Shown here in pieces: positions 31,408-47,095 of a stretch of DNA of 64,000 nt. The notes below the pieces were generated by a model that saw nothing but the letters and a program-made list of their open reading frames with translations, searched no databases and was not told the origin of the DNA. The position numbers were made by a program, and so were the translations under genes. The stretch comes from the human T2T-CHM13v2.0 reference genome, Homo sapiens. Within the stretch, counting starts at the first letter, position 1. Each line of letters opens with the position of its first letter. The DNA is taken from assembly GCF_009914755.1 (NCBI RefSeq), contig NC_060936.1; one strand, written 5' to 3'.

Positions 31408-33903
31408 TTACTGTTCTTCAGAAATGCGAGTGAGTTTAAGGGAAGTAGGGGAGAGTACTTGAGACTTCCAGGAGGAAGAGGAGAGATTAGGCTGTCTGTC
31501 TGATGGACACAGCTTTATTCTGGAATGGTGAACCCAGTGGGTAGGATCCTGCAGGCAGATAGCAATTGGGGTACTATAGATGACTAAGTAGGGTCCAGTC
31601 CATGGAGGTTGCAGAGTTTGAGGGGTCAGATTCTTAACAAGAACTGATCGTCCAGCTAGGGTGTCTTCATATGGCTGGGAATCTGGAGTAGGCAAGAGAA
31701 GATTAGCAGCCTGGTGAATTTCCTGTCTAGCGTGCTTGAGGACTGGAAGATAGTTGCCTAGAGGGCTGGTGTCTGGGATGAGGTTGGGGCCGAGCAAGAA
31801 AGTGCGTCCATAAAAAAGTTCAGATGGACTGTATCCTGTAGCATCTTGAGGACAGGCTGTAATTCTGAGAAGGGCAAGAGGTAAAAGTACTAACCAGTCC
31901 TTTTTAAGTTGGAGGCTGAGCTTGGTGAGGTGCATTTTTAAAAAAAACCATTAGTCCTTTGTTCCTTTCCTGAAGGTCAAGGACGGTAAGGGATATGAAG
32001 GTTCCACTGAATACCAAGAGCCTGAGAAACTGCTTGGGTGATTTGACTAGTAAAGGCCAGTCTGTTATTGGACTGTATAGAGGTGGGAAGGCCAAACTGA
32101 GGAACTATGTCTGACAGAAGGGAATAAGTGACCGTGGTTGCCTTCTCTGACCTTGTGGGAAAGGCCTCTACCCATCCAGTGAAAGTGTCTACCCAGACCA
32201 AGAGGCATTTTAGTTTTTTGACTCGGGGCATGTGAGTAAAGTCAATTTGCCAGTCCTGGGCAGGGGCAAATCCCTGAGCTTGATGTGTAGGAAAGGGAGG
32301 AGGCCTGAACAATCCCTGAGGGGTAGTAGAATAGCAGGTGGAGCACTGAGAAGTTATTTCCTTGAGGATAGATTTCCATGATGGAAAGGAAATGAGAGGG
32401 TCTAAGAGATGGGCTAGCAGCTTGTAACCTACATGGAAGAGGTTATGAAATGATGACAGAGCAGAATGGTCCTGTGAGGCTGGAAGCAGATATTTTCCTT
32501 GGTCTAAGAACCATTTGCCTTGTGTGGGAAGAGATTAATAGGAGGAAGTTTCAGCAGAGAAGTAGGTGGGAGTGACCAATGAGAAGGAGGAAAACTGACT
32601 GTGAGGGACAGAAGTTGGAACACTAGATGCTTCTTTAGCCACATTATCAGCATAAGCATTGCCTAGAGCAATGGGATCTGATGCCTTTTGATGGCCCTTG
32701 CAGTGAATGACTCCAGCTTCCTTTGGAAGTAAAGCGGCCTTGAGAAGAGTTTTTATTAAAGAGGCGTTAATGATAGAGGACCCTTGTGTAGTGAGGAAAC
32801 CTCTTTCTGCCCATATAACAGCATGGTGGTGCAGGATATGGAAGGCCTATTTAGAGTCAGTATAAATATTGACACCTAGTCCCTTTGCAAGAGTGAGGGC
32901 CCGAGTTAAGGCAAAGAGTTCGGCTTGCTGAGAGGTAGCGGAGGGGGGCAGAGCAGTGGCCTCAATGATAGATGTGGAAGATACTATAGCATAGCCTACC
33001 TTTGCTGGTGAGTAGTGATTAGGCCTGGTGGAACTGCCATCAATAAACCAAATGTGATCAGGGTGAGGAACAGGAAAGAAGAAAATATGGGGAAATGGGG
33101 TGAATGTTAGGTGGATCAGAGAGATACAGTCATGCGGGTCAGGTGTGGTATCTGGAATAACGTGGGAGGCCAGATTGAAGTCCAGGCCAGGAACAATGGT
33201 AACTGTGGGAGACTCAACAAAGACTGAGTATAGCTGGAGGAGCCAGGGAGCAGAAAGTATGTCAGGTATGAGGAAGAAAATAGATTTTGGAAGTTATGAG
33301 AGCTGTAGAGAGTGAGTTGAACATAGTTTGTGATTTTGAGGGCCTCTAAAATATTAGGGAGGCAGCAGCCACTGCATGGAGACATGATGGCCAGCCTAAA
33401 ACAGTATGGTCAAGTTGTTTGGACAAAAGGGCTACAGGGTGCAGTCCTGGTCCTTGTGTAAGAATTCCAACTGCACAGCCTTGCACTTCAGCTGTATGTA
33501 ATGAAAAGGGTTGGGATGAGTCAGGGAGAGCTAGTGTGGGGGCAGTCTCTAAACCTGTCTTCAAGGAATGGAAAGAGGAGTGGGGAAAGGATTTAAGATC
33601 TATGGAGTCAGCTAGGTTTCCTTTTGTGAGTTTATATAATGGTATTGTTAGGATGGCAAAACCAGGTATCCAAAGGTGAAAGTATCCAAACATGCTTAGG
33701 AAGGAAAGGAGTTGTTGTTGTGTAGAAGGTGTTGGGATTTGGGAGATCAGTCAGAAACAATCGGCAGGAGAGCACATGTGTTTTTATGAAGAATTATGCT
33801 GAAGTAGGTAATGGATGGAGAAGAAATTTGAGCTTTGGAGGGGGATACCCGATATCCTTTGGAGAATAAATGTTGAAGGAGCAGGTGGGTGTCTTGTTGA
33901 GAA
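31408..33903 (-). pseudogene. pol: HERV-H pol remnant (C-terminal RT, RNase H, integrase)
   Basis: WQIDFTHMP...VDTFTGWVEAFPT (IN core), WTGPYLVIYSTP (GPY/F), LSKQLD and TAPTLALPD (RT/tether), split across frames. Confidence 0.92.
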
Positions 33904-34472
33904 CTCCTAAAAAAGTTAAAAATAGAGTGCCATATGACCCAGCAATTCCACTTTTAGGTGTATGTCCCATATGGCACATGGAAAATTGTACATGGATATT
34001 CACAGCAGCATTATTTGTAATAGATAAAAAATAGAAACTACCCAAATATTTACTAGCTGATGAATGGATGAACAAAATATAGTATATCCATACAAAGAAT
34101 ATTATTCAGCCTTAAAAAGGAGTGAAGTATTGAGATATGCTATAACATAGATGGACCTTAAAAACGTTAGGCTAAGTGAAAGAAGCCAGTAACAAAGGGC
34201 CACATATTGTATAATTTCACTGATGCAAAATGTCAGAATAGGCAAATTTATAGAGACAGGAACTAGATTAGTGTTTGCCTAGGGCTGGGGAAAGAAAGGC
34301 ATGGGAAGTGACTGCTAATGGGTATGAGTTTTCTTTTTAAGGTGATAAATGCTCTAAAATTAGATAGTGGTAATGGTTGTACAACCTTAAGAATTTGCTA
34401 AAAATTACATAATTATATACTTTAAAAGAATGAATCTACGTTATGTGAGTTACATATCAATTTTTTAAAAAA
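33904..34472 (+). mobile_element. L1MB/MC 3' fragment
   Basis: catatgacccagcaattccactt...gctaagtgaaagaagccag...tatatactttaaaag. Confidence 0.8.
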
Positions 34473-34799
34473 GATGTTAGATTCCTGGTGACATGTTGTT
34501 CAGCTCTAGCACCTGATTCACTGAGAAGATTTTGGGCAATAAGGAAAAATGGAGCTCACCTCCAACTGTAAGAAAGCTTTAGAATGCATTAGTCCTACAA
34601 AAAATTAAGACTGTCCATCCATGATCTGATGAACCAGAAAAGTACCATCCTAGACTGACGGAAGTTGCATCCATGTAAAAGTCAGCTGTGGATGACAGCT
34701 CCTGTCTTGTACATTTGCTCATCAACCTTCCCCTTTTTCTCCTCAACCCACCTGTGCTGATTAGTCTCCATTTGCCCTACTCCCAACCTTAGTCCATTA

Positions 34800-35290
34800 T
34801 GTTATCTTTTCCACCTTGAACTATGATTCCAGAGAATAATTTTCAACAGTGCATCTCCTGGGCTCCCCTACCTTTTGGAGTCCAGTTGGGTTTGGCCAAT
34901 GGAAGGAATCAAAGGTTTGATTGGAGGGTGAAAGCAAAGAGGTTGAGATATTTATTCTCCTATCTTCTCCCTGCTCCCCTACTCCCAGTGCTTGCCTCCT
35001 TACCACCCTGGCAATAGCTTCATTCCTCTGCACTTATGGCTCCTGTCAGGCAATCCCCCTTCCACATCTCCAATGTTCACCAGGCTCTACTTTTCCCTCC
35101 CTTTGCCTTTTCAGACCAAGGAGTGATAAGGCTTCCTCCTTGTCATTTCCTTTCCTGCCCATGTCAGTTTCTTGTTGTAACAAAGGCTGATATCCTACCC
35201 TTTTCTCTTTGTATCTCCCTGACTCTAACTCTAAGGCTTCTTGAGAAAACTGCTGATACTCACTTCTGAGCTCCTTGTTTATTCTCTAGG
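34800..35290 (+). mobile_element. LTR33-like ERVL LTR
   Basis: gggctcccctaccttttggagtccagttgggtttggccaatggaagg...tatttattctcc. Confidence 0.6.
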
Positions 35291-37001
35291 AACAACCACA
35301 TTGATGGACGGGTGAGTGAGGAAAGGATTGCATATTTATAATTCCTTTCCTTCTATGTTATTCTTCAAATATAATTGAGAGATGGCAGCTACCTGGGACA
35401 CAGTGCAGGATTTGCTCTATCCAGGGTCTTGGTGTCTTAAAGATATGGAGACAGGAAAGGGCTCACTGGGCAGCTTGGCCATGCACCAATGGGATTTTTA
35501 GAGATGGCCTGGTACCCAAGTTGCCCTGAAGCATTTAAGACTTCATCTTTCAGCCATTGTTATTTCTAAACACGATTGCCTTTGTGAGTGAGAATTCATG
35601 TTATATGGGCCAGCTAGTTTCAAGCTAAAATAGTTTAGGGTCAAGGCAGAGCCTGAAAAGAACCTATAATTATTTTATTATATAGAATACAGAACTTCTG
35701 ACATCAAAAGTTTATAATGAGTTCAGTCTGTCTGAGTTTGTTCAGGCCAAAACCACTAAAAATGAACCTTTTGTCAGGCAAAATCAGATATATTGACCCA
35801 CTGCAATAAGGGAGACACACATACTAGAGGAACCATGAAGCATCTCACCAAAGGGCAAGATAGAGTTAGGATAGATAGAATTGGGAAGAAGAGTAGAATT
35901 TAGGTGAATTTCAATGCAGGAGTGTTTTTGTAGGCTCAAAGAAAAACAGGGCTGTGTAAAGTGGTCAACATCACATCCAATCTGCAAACTAGACCCAGGG
36001 TTTTGTTTCCTTGGAAGAAAAGAAAGTTAAGATAGATGTGGAATTTTGTGTGCAGAAACCCCTTATCTGAAGCTCTGCACCTGGGTTGTAAATGGCGACT
36101 ATTTCTATGTGTCAGAGTAACTTAGGTCTCCAAGGCAGCATGGATTGTTTCATTTTTACTGATATACTTTCAAACAACAATTTTAATCAAATCATTTAAA
36201 TTTCTGAAAGTCTCAGATTTTAGAGAACAAAGTTTCTCAGTGCCTAAGAAAATAGTAGACACTTAAAGAAGGGGGTTGTTATGACAGCTTCAGTGTGTCC
36301 TTGGGTGAAAATATTGTTTCCTGTTAACTTTGCAGCTGGTTTTATCTGTGTTTTTTTATTCCAATCTGAAGAACAGTAGGGCAGATTTTTATAATCTGAG
36401 CTAATTTTTACTTTCATATTACCTTGATGAATTGCACTAGACATGGAGCATAAGCAAGAAATAAGCTTTTGTAAAATTAAGATGTTGAGTTTCTGAGGTG
36501 TTTTATTTGTTTTTGTTTTGTTTTGTTTTGTTTTGTTTTATCATAGCATAACTAAGCCTACTCTGTATGTCACATAAAATTCTGTTTTAGTTAAATTTCC
36601 ATAAAATGAAGTACTGGCTTAGGAGCTGGCAGCATGTGGCAGAAAACTGTTATTGGAGGATGAAAAGATGTATATCCATTATTACACAGTGGCCAAACAT
36701 TTGGTAAAACTTGGAGGACACATCATGTTCCTCATAAATTTGTAGCCTTAGAAGAAGAGGTTGAAAAATAGAATGTTGGTAGCCTGTACTGGCTGCTGAT
36801 GACTATGTTTGGCAAGGTAATATAAGAAATAGATGGACTCAGAAAAGAATTGGCTAATTTAAAAGCAGGAAAGAGAATAGAAAATGTCCACAAACTTGGA
36901 ATTTTATAGGGTTGCAAAAGGCAACCATTTCTGAGCCCCAAGCAATGAAAAATAGCATTAAGAAATGCCCTGATTACAAAGTCTGATTAAAACTTATTGC
37001 T

Positions 37002-37288
<287 letters not shown>

Positions 37289-38283
37289 TTATTGCTGAAG
37301 CAAGGATCAAATCAAGGTAAAGCCAGTGGACATATTGTTAAAACTTCCATATGGATTAAGATAGTACCTGTGATATCTTTTTAATCGGCTGAAATAGTTC
37401 AGGGTAAAAAACTAAAGATGCAGCCCTCCTACCAAAGACATTCCCAAAGTAACTGCAACTGAGAGAGGGAGAGGAAGAGGCATATATAAAGCAAAGAAAT
37501 ATAGCAAATTGCAAAGAGAAATGAAAACGTATGTTCATACAAAAACTTGTACACAAGTATTTATAGCAGCATTATTTATAATAGCCAAAATGTAGAAAGA
37601 ACCCAAGCATCCATGAACTGATGGATAAATATAATGTGGTATATGTATACAATGGAATATTATTTGACAGTAAAAAATATTAAGTACAGATATGTGCTAC
37701 AACACGGATGAACCTTAAAAACATTGTGACTAAGTGAAAGAAGCCAGTCACAAAGGCCATATGCAGTATTGTATGATTCACTTTATATGACATGTCTGGA
37801 ATAGGCAAATCCATAACAGGAAGCAGATTGGTGGTTGCCTAGGACTGGGGATAGAATGGGGTGAGGTGGGAGAAGGTGGGGAGAAATGGAGAGTGGTTGC
37901 TAGTGGATATGCTGTTTCTTTTTGGGGTGACAAAAAGGTTCTGTAATTGGTGGTGATAGTTACACAATTATATAGTCACGTATCACTTAGCAATGGGGAT
38001 ATGTTCTGAGAAATATGTCATTAGGTGATTTGGTCTTTTGGGGACATCATACACTGTAACTACACAAACCCGGATTGTATTCCCTACCACACACCTACAC
38101 TATATCACATAGCCTATTGCTCCTAGGCTACTACAAATCTGTACAGCAAGTTACTGTACTGAATACTGTAGGCAATTATAACACAGTGGTAAGTATTTGT
38201 GTATCTAAACATATCTAAACATAGAAATGTTACAATGAAAATACAGTATAAAAGATTTAAAATGGCGCATCTATATGGGACAT

Positions 38284-38655
38284 CGTATTAGTCCATTCTC
38301 ATGCTGCTAAAAAGAACTGCCTGAGACTGGGTAACTTCTAAAGAAAATAGGTTTAATTGACTCACAGTTCTGCAGATCAGTGGAGGCCTCAGGAAACTTA
38401 CAATCATGGTGGAAGGGAAAGCAGACATGTCCTTCTTCACATGACAGCAGGAAGGGGAAGAATGAGAGCTGAACAAAGGAAGAAACCCCTTATAAAACCA
38501 TCGGATCTCATAAGAAGTTACTCACTATCATGAGAATAGCATGGGGGAAATCACCCCCATGATTCAATTACCTTTAACTGAGTCCCATGACGTGGGGATT
38601 ATGGGAACTACAAATCAAAATGAGATTTGAGTAAGGACACAGCCAAACCATATCA
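38284..38655 (-). mobile_element. THE1-type solo LTR
   Basis: gtattagtccattctcatgctgcta ... cagccaaaccatatca; degraded 5-bp TSD. Confidence 0.9.
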
Positions 38656-38845
38656 GGCACTTACCATGTTGGAGGTTGCAGGACTGGAAGTTGCTCTTGG
38701 TAAGTCAGTCAGTGTGTGGTGAGTGATTGTGAAGTCCTAGGACATTACTGTACACTACTGTAGACTTTACAAACACTGTACACTTAGGCTACATTAAATT
38801 TATTTAAAAACTCTTTTACTTCAATAACAAATTAACTTTCTGTAA

Positions 38846-39160
<315 letters not shown>

Positions 39161-39170
39161 TAAACTTTAA

Positions 39171-39555
<385 letters not shown>

Positions 39556-41749
39556 TTCTTTCTTTATACCTACATTCGGTAAGCTTTTCTCTATTTTTAA
39601 ATGTTTTAATTTTGTTTTACTTTTTATACTTTTTTGTTGAAAACAAAGACACAAACACATTAATGTAGGCCTACATATGGTAAGGATCATAAGTATCACT
39701 GGTCTTACACCTCCACATCTTGTCTTACTGGAGGGTCTTCAGGGACAGTAACACATAGAGCTGTTACACCTATGGTAACAATAACTTCCTCTGGAAGACC
39801 ACCGGAAAGACCTGGCTGAGGCTATTTTGCAGTTAGCTTTTTATTTTCATAAGTAGAAGCAGACTCTAAAACAATGAAAAAGTATAGTATAGTAAGTGCA
39901 TAAGCCAGTGACATAGCATTTATTAAGTCTTACGTATTTTATATGCTAAACTTTAATACAACTGGAAGCTCAGTAGGTTTGTTTATACAAGCATCGCCAC
40001 AAATATGTGAGTAATGCGTTGTGCCAAGACTTCATGACAGCTATGATGACACCAGGCAATAGTCATTTTTCAGCTCCATTATAATCTTATGGGACTACTG
40101 TCATATATGTGGTCTGTTGTTGGCTGACAGCATTATGTGGCACATGGCTGTGCTAAAAACCACTGAATTGTACACTCTAAATAGATGCATTGTATGTTTT
40201 ATGAATTATATCTAAAAATTAAATGATACAATTACATCTAGAAAAGAACTGTAGATGTGACTATTGGCATATAGAACTGACTGGAATCAGATGAGAAGAT
40301 TATTGAATTTTTGAGAGAGTTAAACTGCTAAAGGGATCACTAGCTTAGAAAAAAAAGAAGCTGACTGCACAGAATTTTACACAAGCCTTAGCCCCAACTT
40401 TCTGTGTAGGAAGTGGGCTAAGATATCTTTCTAACCTCTAAAGAAGATATTCATTAATTCCCACTTCTGATGAGGCCAAACACGATATCAGAAAAAGAAG
40501 AATCTTACAAAAGGTACATGCAAGGGCTGTGGAGATAGGTGGATTGAGGAATCCCTTGTGGTGGAGGGGGCAGAATTGGAGCCTAATAAAGGAATTTATC
40601 CCTCTTCAGTGTAGGAAGTCCTTCTAAGGTTGGCCCAAGAGGGCTTTAGAATTGCTACAGACCCTGACTTCCAAATGGCAGCATTTAGGGCACGTATCCT
40701 ACCCTGATCCACTACTGTATGATATATTGAGGGCTGATAACTTGTCTTTTTAGCTTGTTGGACTTGGAGCAAAAGGCGTGCCATCCAGACGTTATGTAGA
40801 CATAATGGGGTGTCAGCCCACGATGCAGAGAATACCACACATCTCCTAGGGGAGCTAGAATTTAAGTTTAATACTGAAGAGGAGACTTTTGGGTTGTCTC
40901 CCTCGGGAAGAGTGTATTTTAAGTGCAGGTGGGAGAGGGAACCAAATATTTGGTGACTAGAAAGGTGGACTGTGATGTCATCAGTGATTTTCAACAAATA
41001 CTCTGGTTCTCCCTGCTTCCTGCCACATGTTGGGATCACAGTTCTCAGGTACATTGTATAAGACCATACGACTTATCTCATTGCCAATGAAATGCAAGCA
41101 GAAGATATGCGTGTATTTTGCAAGAGAAATTTTAAGAACCAGTGCACAATTCACCTCATTCTCTTCCTTTTTCTAAAGTGGTAAGCATGAGCTGAGATGG
41201 AGCTTCAGTAAGCCTGGGTCCACCCTATTGTCACACATTGGATATATCACATGAAGGAGAAAGAAACCTTAATTGTGTTAAGCCACTGAGATTTGGAGTG
41301 TTTTGTTACACAGCATAACTTATACTGTCTGATATACATAGTAAGATCAAATGCCTCAGGTAAGCAAAGTGCATGCTGCCAGGTGTACCTTATATTATTA
41401 ACTAGATATCAATAACTAAACTGCCTCCAATACAGGTTATTTATTTTCTTTTATTTCATTCCATCACAAAGTCATCTAAGCTTTCCTCTAAGCAGAACCA
41501 GTGGAAGAAGTGTATCCATACTCGTTAAACTACTCACATACATACGTAAAAAGACTCATCGACGTTTGATGCATTAATCTTTGATACATTGTGCTGCCAT
41601 ATGACTGTGACTTCAGGTAGTCCAGGAATGCTCTTCTCCACTTGCACCAATGCCTATAGAATTCATTTGCACATTAAAATTTTGAAAGTGGAGACAAGGC
41701 ATGAAGTATCGATTTAACTATTTATCATTTAGTTTTGGAGATTAATTCA

Positions 41750-42161
41750 CTCTTTCATTTAATAAATATTTATTGAGCATATAATATAGGCTGCTCCAGA
41801 GATATTTCTAAATATGAATCTCTTATTGTCAGCCTCCTTTTAAAAACCCTTTTGATGATTTTCCAAGTACTGCAGCAAGATGTATTTTATTACTAGTGCA
41901 GGATTTTGCAGCCTGGAATCCAATTATAAAAGTATATGCAAAATGTAGTGTATTTGGATTGTTCTGGGAAGAAGATATATAGCACATCAGATTGTCAGCT
42001 CAGACACCTCTGCGGGCTGCCTCTCCAGACACTCTTGTTGAGTTAGCTAACCCTCTTTCACATTCCCTGGGAACCCTATGCTTCTCTCTACTGCAGCTTC
42101 TATCACACTGTATGGTAGTTGATGGCCCACTTATCTGTTAGCCTCACCAGAGTGTGAGTTC
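41750..42161. mobile_element. L2 fragments
   Basis: tcatttaataaatatttattgagc and cttatctgttagcctcaccagagtgtgagttct resemble L2 3' ends. Confidence 0.5.
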
Positions 42162-43131
42162 TTTAATTTTAAATTTTTGTGGGTACATAGTAGGTATATA
42201 TATTCATGAGGTATATGGGATATTTTGATACAGGCACATGCAATGTGTAATAATCACCTCAGGGTAAATGGGGTATCTGTTACCTCAAGCATTTATCCTT
42301 TGTGTTATAAACAATCCAGTTATATTATTTTAGTTACTTTAAAATGTACAGTTAAATAATTATTGACTACAGTCATCCTGTTGTGCTATCAAATACTAGA
42401 TATTATTCATTCTTTCTAACAATTTTTGTACCCGTTAACCATCCGCAATTCCCCCCACCACCCCCCTACCCTTCCCAGCTTCTGGTAGCCATCATTCTAC
42501 TCTGTATTTCCATGAGTTATACTGTTTTAATTTTTTAGCTCCCACAAATAAGTGAGAACATTTGGTATTCTTCTTTCTGTGCCTTGCTTATTTCACTCAA
42601 CATAATGACCTCCAGTTCCATCCATGTTGTCGCAAATGACAGGATCTCCTTCTTCTTCATGACTGAATAGTACTCCCTTGTGTATATATATCATGTTTTC
42701 TTTATCCATTCATTTGTTGATGGACACTTAGGTTGCTTCCAAATCTTGGCTATTGTGAATAGTGCTACAATAAACATGGGAGTGCAGATATCTCTTCAAT
42801 ATACCGATTTCCTTTCTTTTGGGTATGTACCTAGCAGTGGGATTGCTGGATCATATGGTAGCTCTATTTTTAGTTTTTAAAGAACCTCTACACTGTTCTC
42901 CATAATGGTTATACTAATTTACATTCCCACCAATGGCATACAAGGGTTCCCTTTTATCCACATCCTCACCAGCTTTCACAGTTGCTTGTCTTTTGGATAA
43001 ACCATTGTAACTGGGGTGAGATAATATTTCATTGTAGTTTTGACTTGCATTTCTTTGATAATGAATGATGTTGAGCGCCTTTTATATGTGTTTACCATTT
43101 ATGTATCTTCTTTTGAAAAATGTCTATTCAG

Positions 43132-43638
<507 letters not shown>

Positions 43639-45284
43639 CTATTTGTCCATTTTTGCTTGGCTGTGGGGTATCACTCAAGAAATCTTTACCCACTGTTAAT
43701 GTCCTGGAGAGTTTCTCCAATGTTTTCTTTTAGTAGTTTAATAGTTTGAGGTCTTGGATTTAAGTCTTTAATCCATTTTGATTTGATTTTTGTATATAGC
43801 AAGAGATAGGAATTGTTTCATTCTTCTGCATATGAATATCCAGTTTTCCCAACACCATTTATTGAAAAGACTGTCTTTCCCCCAGTGTATGTTCTCAGCA
43901 CCTTTGTTGAAAATGAGTTCATTGTAGATGTATGGATTTGTTTCTGGATTCTGGATTCTGTTCCATTGCTCTATGTATCTGTTTTTATGCCAGTTTCATG
44001 CTGTTTGGGTAACTATAGCTCTGTAGTACAATTTGAAGTCAGGTAATGTGATTCCTCCAGTTTTATTCTTTTTGCTCACAATAACTTTGGTTTTCTGCTC
44101 TTTTGTGATTCCGTGTATCTATTAGGACTATTTTTTCTATTTCTGTGAACAATGTCATTGGTAGGTTGATTAAGATTGCATTGAATCTGTAAATTGCTTT
44201 GGGTAGTATGAACATTTTAACAATATTGATTCTTCCAATCCATGAGCATGAAGTATTTTTTAAATTTTTTTTGTATCCTCTTCAATGATTTCACCATTGT
44301 TTTATAGTTTTCCTTGTAGAGATCTTTCACTTCTTTCCGTAATTCCTAGGTATTCCATTTTATTTGTAGCTATTATAAATGTGATAACTTTCTTAATTTC
44401 TTTGTCAGATTGCTCTCTATTGGCATATAGAAACGCTACTGATTTTCATATGTTAATTTTGTATCCTGCAATTTCAGTGAATTTCTTTGTCAGTTCTAAT
44501 CGTTTTTTTGGTGGAGTTTTTATGCTTTTCCAAATATAAAATCATATCATCTGCAAACAAGGATAATTTGATTTCTTCCTTTCCAATTTAGATGCCCTTT
44601 CTTTCTCTTGTCTAATGGCTCCAGCTAGGACTTCCAGTACTATGTTGAACAACAGTAGTGAAGATGGCCATTCTTGTCATGATCCAGATCCTAGAGGAAA
44701 GTCTTTCAGTTTTTCCAATTCAGTATGATACTACCTGTAGGTGTGTGGTATATGGCTTTTATTATGTTGAAGTATGTTCCTTTTATACCCAGTTTTTTAA
44801 AGGGTTTTTACATGAAGGGATATTCAACTTCATCAAATGCTTTTTTGGCATCAGTTGAAATGATCATACGGTTTTTGTTATTCATTCTGTTGACAGGATG
44901 TATCATATTGATTGATTTGGATATGTTGAACCATTCTTGTAACTATGGAATAAATCTCACTTAGTCATGATGAATAATCTTTTTAAGTATTGTTGAATTC
45001 TGTTTGCTAGTATTTTGTTGAGGATTTATGCATCAATATTCATCAGAGATATTGGCTTGTAGTTTTCTTTTTTTGATATATCTTGGTCTGGTTTTGGTAT
45101 CAGGGTAATACTGGCCTCATAGAATAAGTTTGGCTATATTACCTCCCCCACCATTTTTTAGAATAGTTTTAGTAGGATTAGTATTAGTTTTTCTTTAAAT
45201 GTTTGATAAAATTCAGCAGTGGAGCCATTGGGTCCCGGGCTTTGCTTTGCTGGGACACTTTTTACTGCAACTTTCATCTTGTTA

Positions 45285-45822
<538 letters not shown>

Positions 45823-45961
45823 TTATGTCTTCAAAAAAAAAAACTTTTTGTTTTATTGATCTTTTGTATCATTCTTTTCAAATTAGTTATTTCTGCTCTG
45901 ATTTTTATTATTTCTTTTCTGCTACCAACTTTGGATTTGATTTGCTCTTGCTCTTCTAGTT

Positions 45962-46272
<311 letters not shown>

Positions 46273-47095
46273 ACTCTTCTAGTTATTTAAAATGGATCGT
46301 TAGTTTATTTATTTCCAGTTTTTTTCTTCTTTTTTGATGTAGGCACTTATAGTTAAAAACTTCCCTCTTAGTACTAATTTTGCTGTATTCCACAGATTTT
46401 GGTATGTTGTGTTTCCAGTGTCATTTGTTTCAAGAAATATTAATTTTTAAAATTAATTTCTTCATTGACCCACTGTTCATTCAAGAGTATATTGTTTAAT
46501 TTCCATGTGTTTGTATAGTTTCCAAAATTCCTCTTGTTATTGAGTCTTAGTTTTATTCCACTGTGGTTAGAGAAGATATTTGATATTATTTCAATTTTTT
46601 GAACTTTTTAAGAATCTTCTGTGACCAAACATATGGTGTATCATTTAGAATGATCCATATGCTGAGGAGAAGAATGTGTATTCTGCAGCTATTGGATGAA
46701 ATGTCTGTGAATATGGATTAGGTCCATTTGGTGTATAGTTCAGATTAAGTCTGATGTTTCTTTATTAATTTCCTGTCTGTAAGATCTGTCCAGTGCTGAA
46801 AGGGGGTTATTGATGTCTCCAGCTATTCCTGTATTGGGGTCTATCTCTCTCTAATAATATTTGGTTCATATATCTGAGTGCTCCAGTATTGGGTGTATAT
46901 GTATTTACAGTTGTACACCCTCTTGCTGAATTGACCCCTTTGTCATTGTATAATGATCATCTTTGTCTGTTTTTATAGTTTTTGTCTTAAAATCTGTTTT
47001 GTTTTATGTAAGTATAGCTACTTCTGTATTTTTTTGGTTTCCATTTGCATGGAATATCTTTTTCCATCCCTTTATTTTCATGTGTGTCTTTTGTG

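Larger units (their letters stand above)
28855..33903 (-). mobile_element. HERV-H provirus, 3' half only (partial RT, RNase H, IN, env, 3' LTR)
   Basis: LTR7 plus polypurine tract, HERV-H env and pol peptides; ends abruptly within RT against an L1 fragment. Confidence 0.95.
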
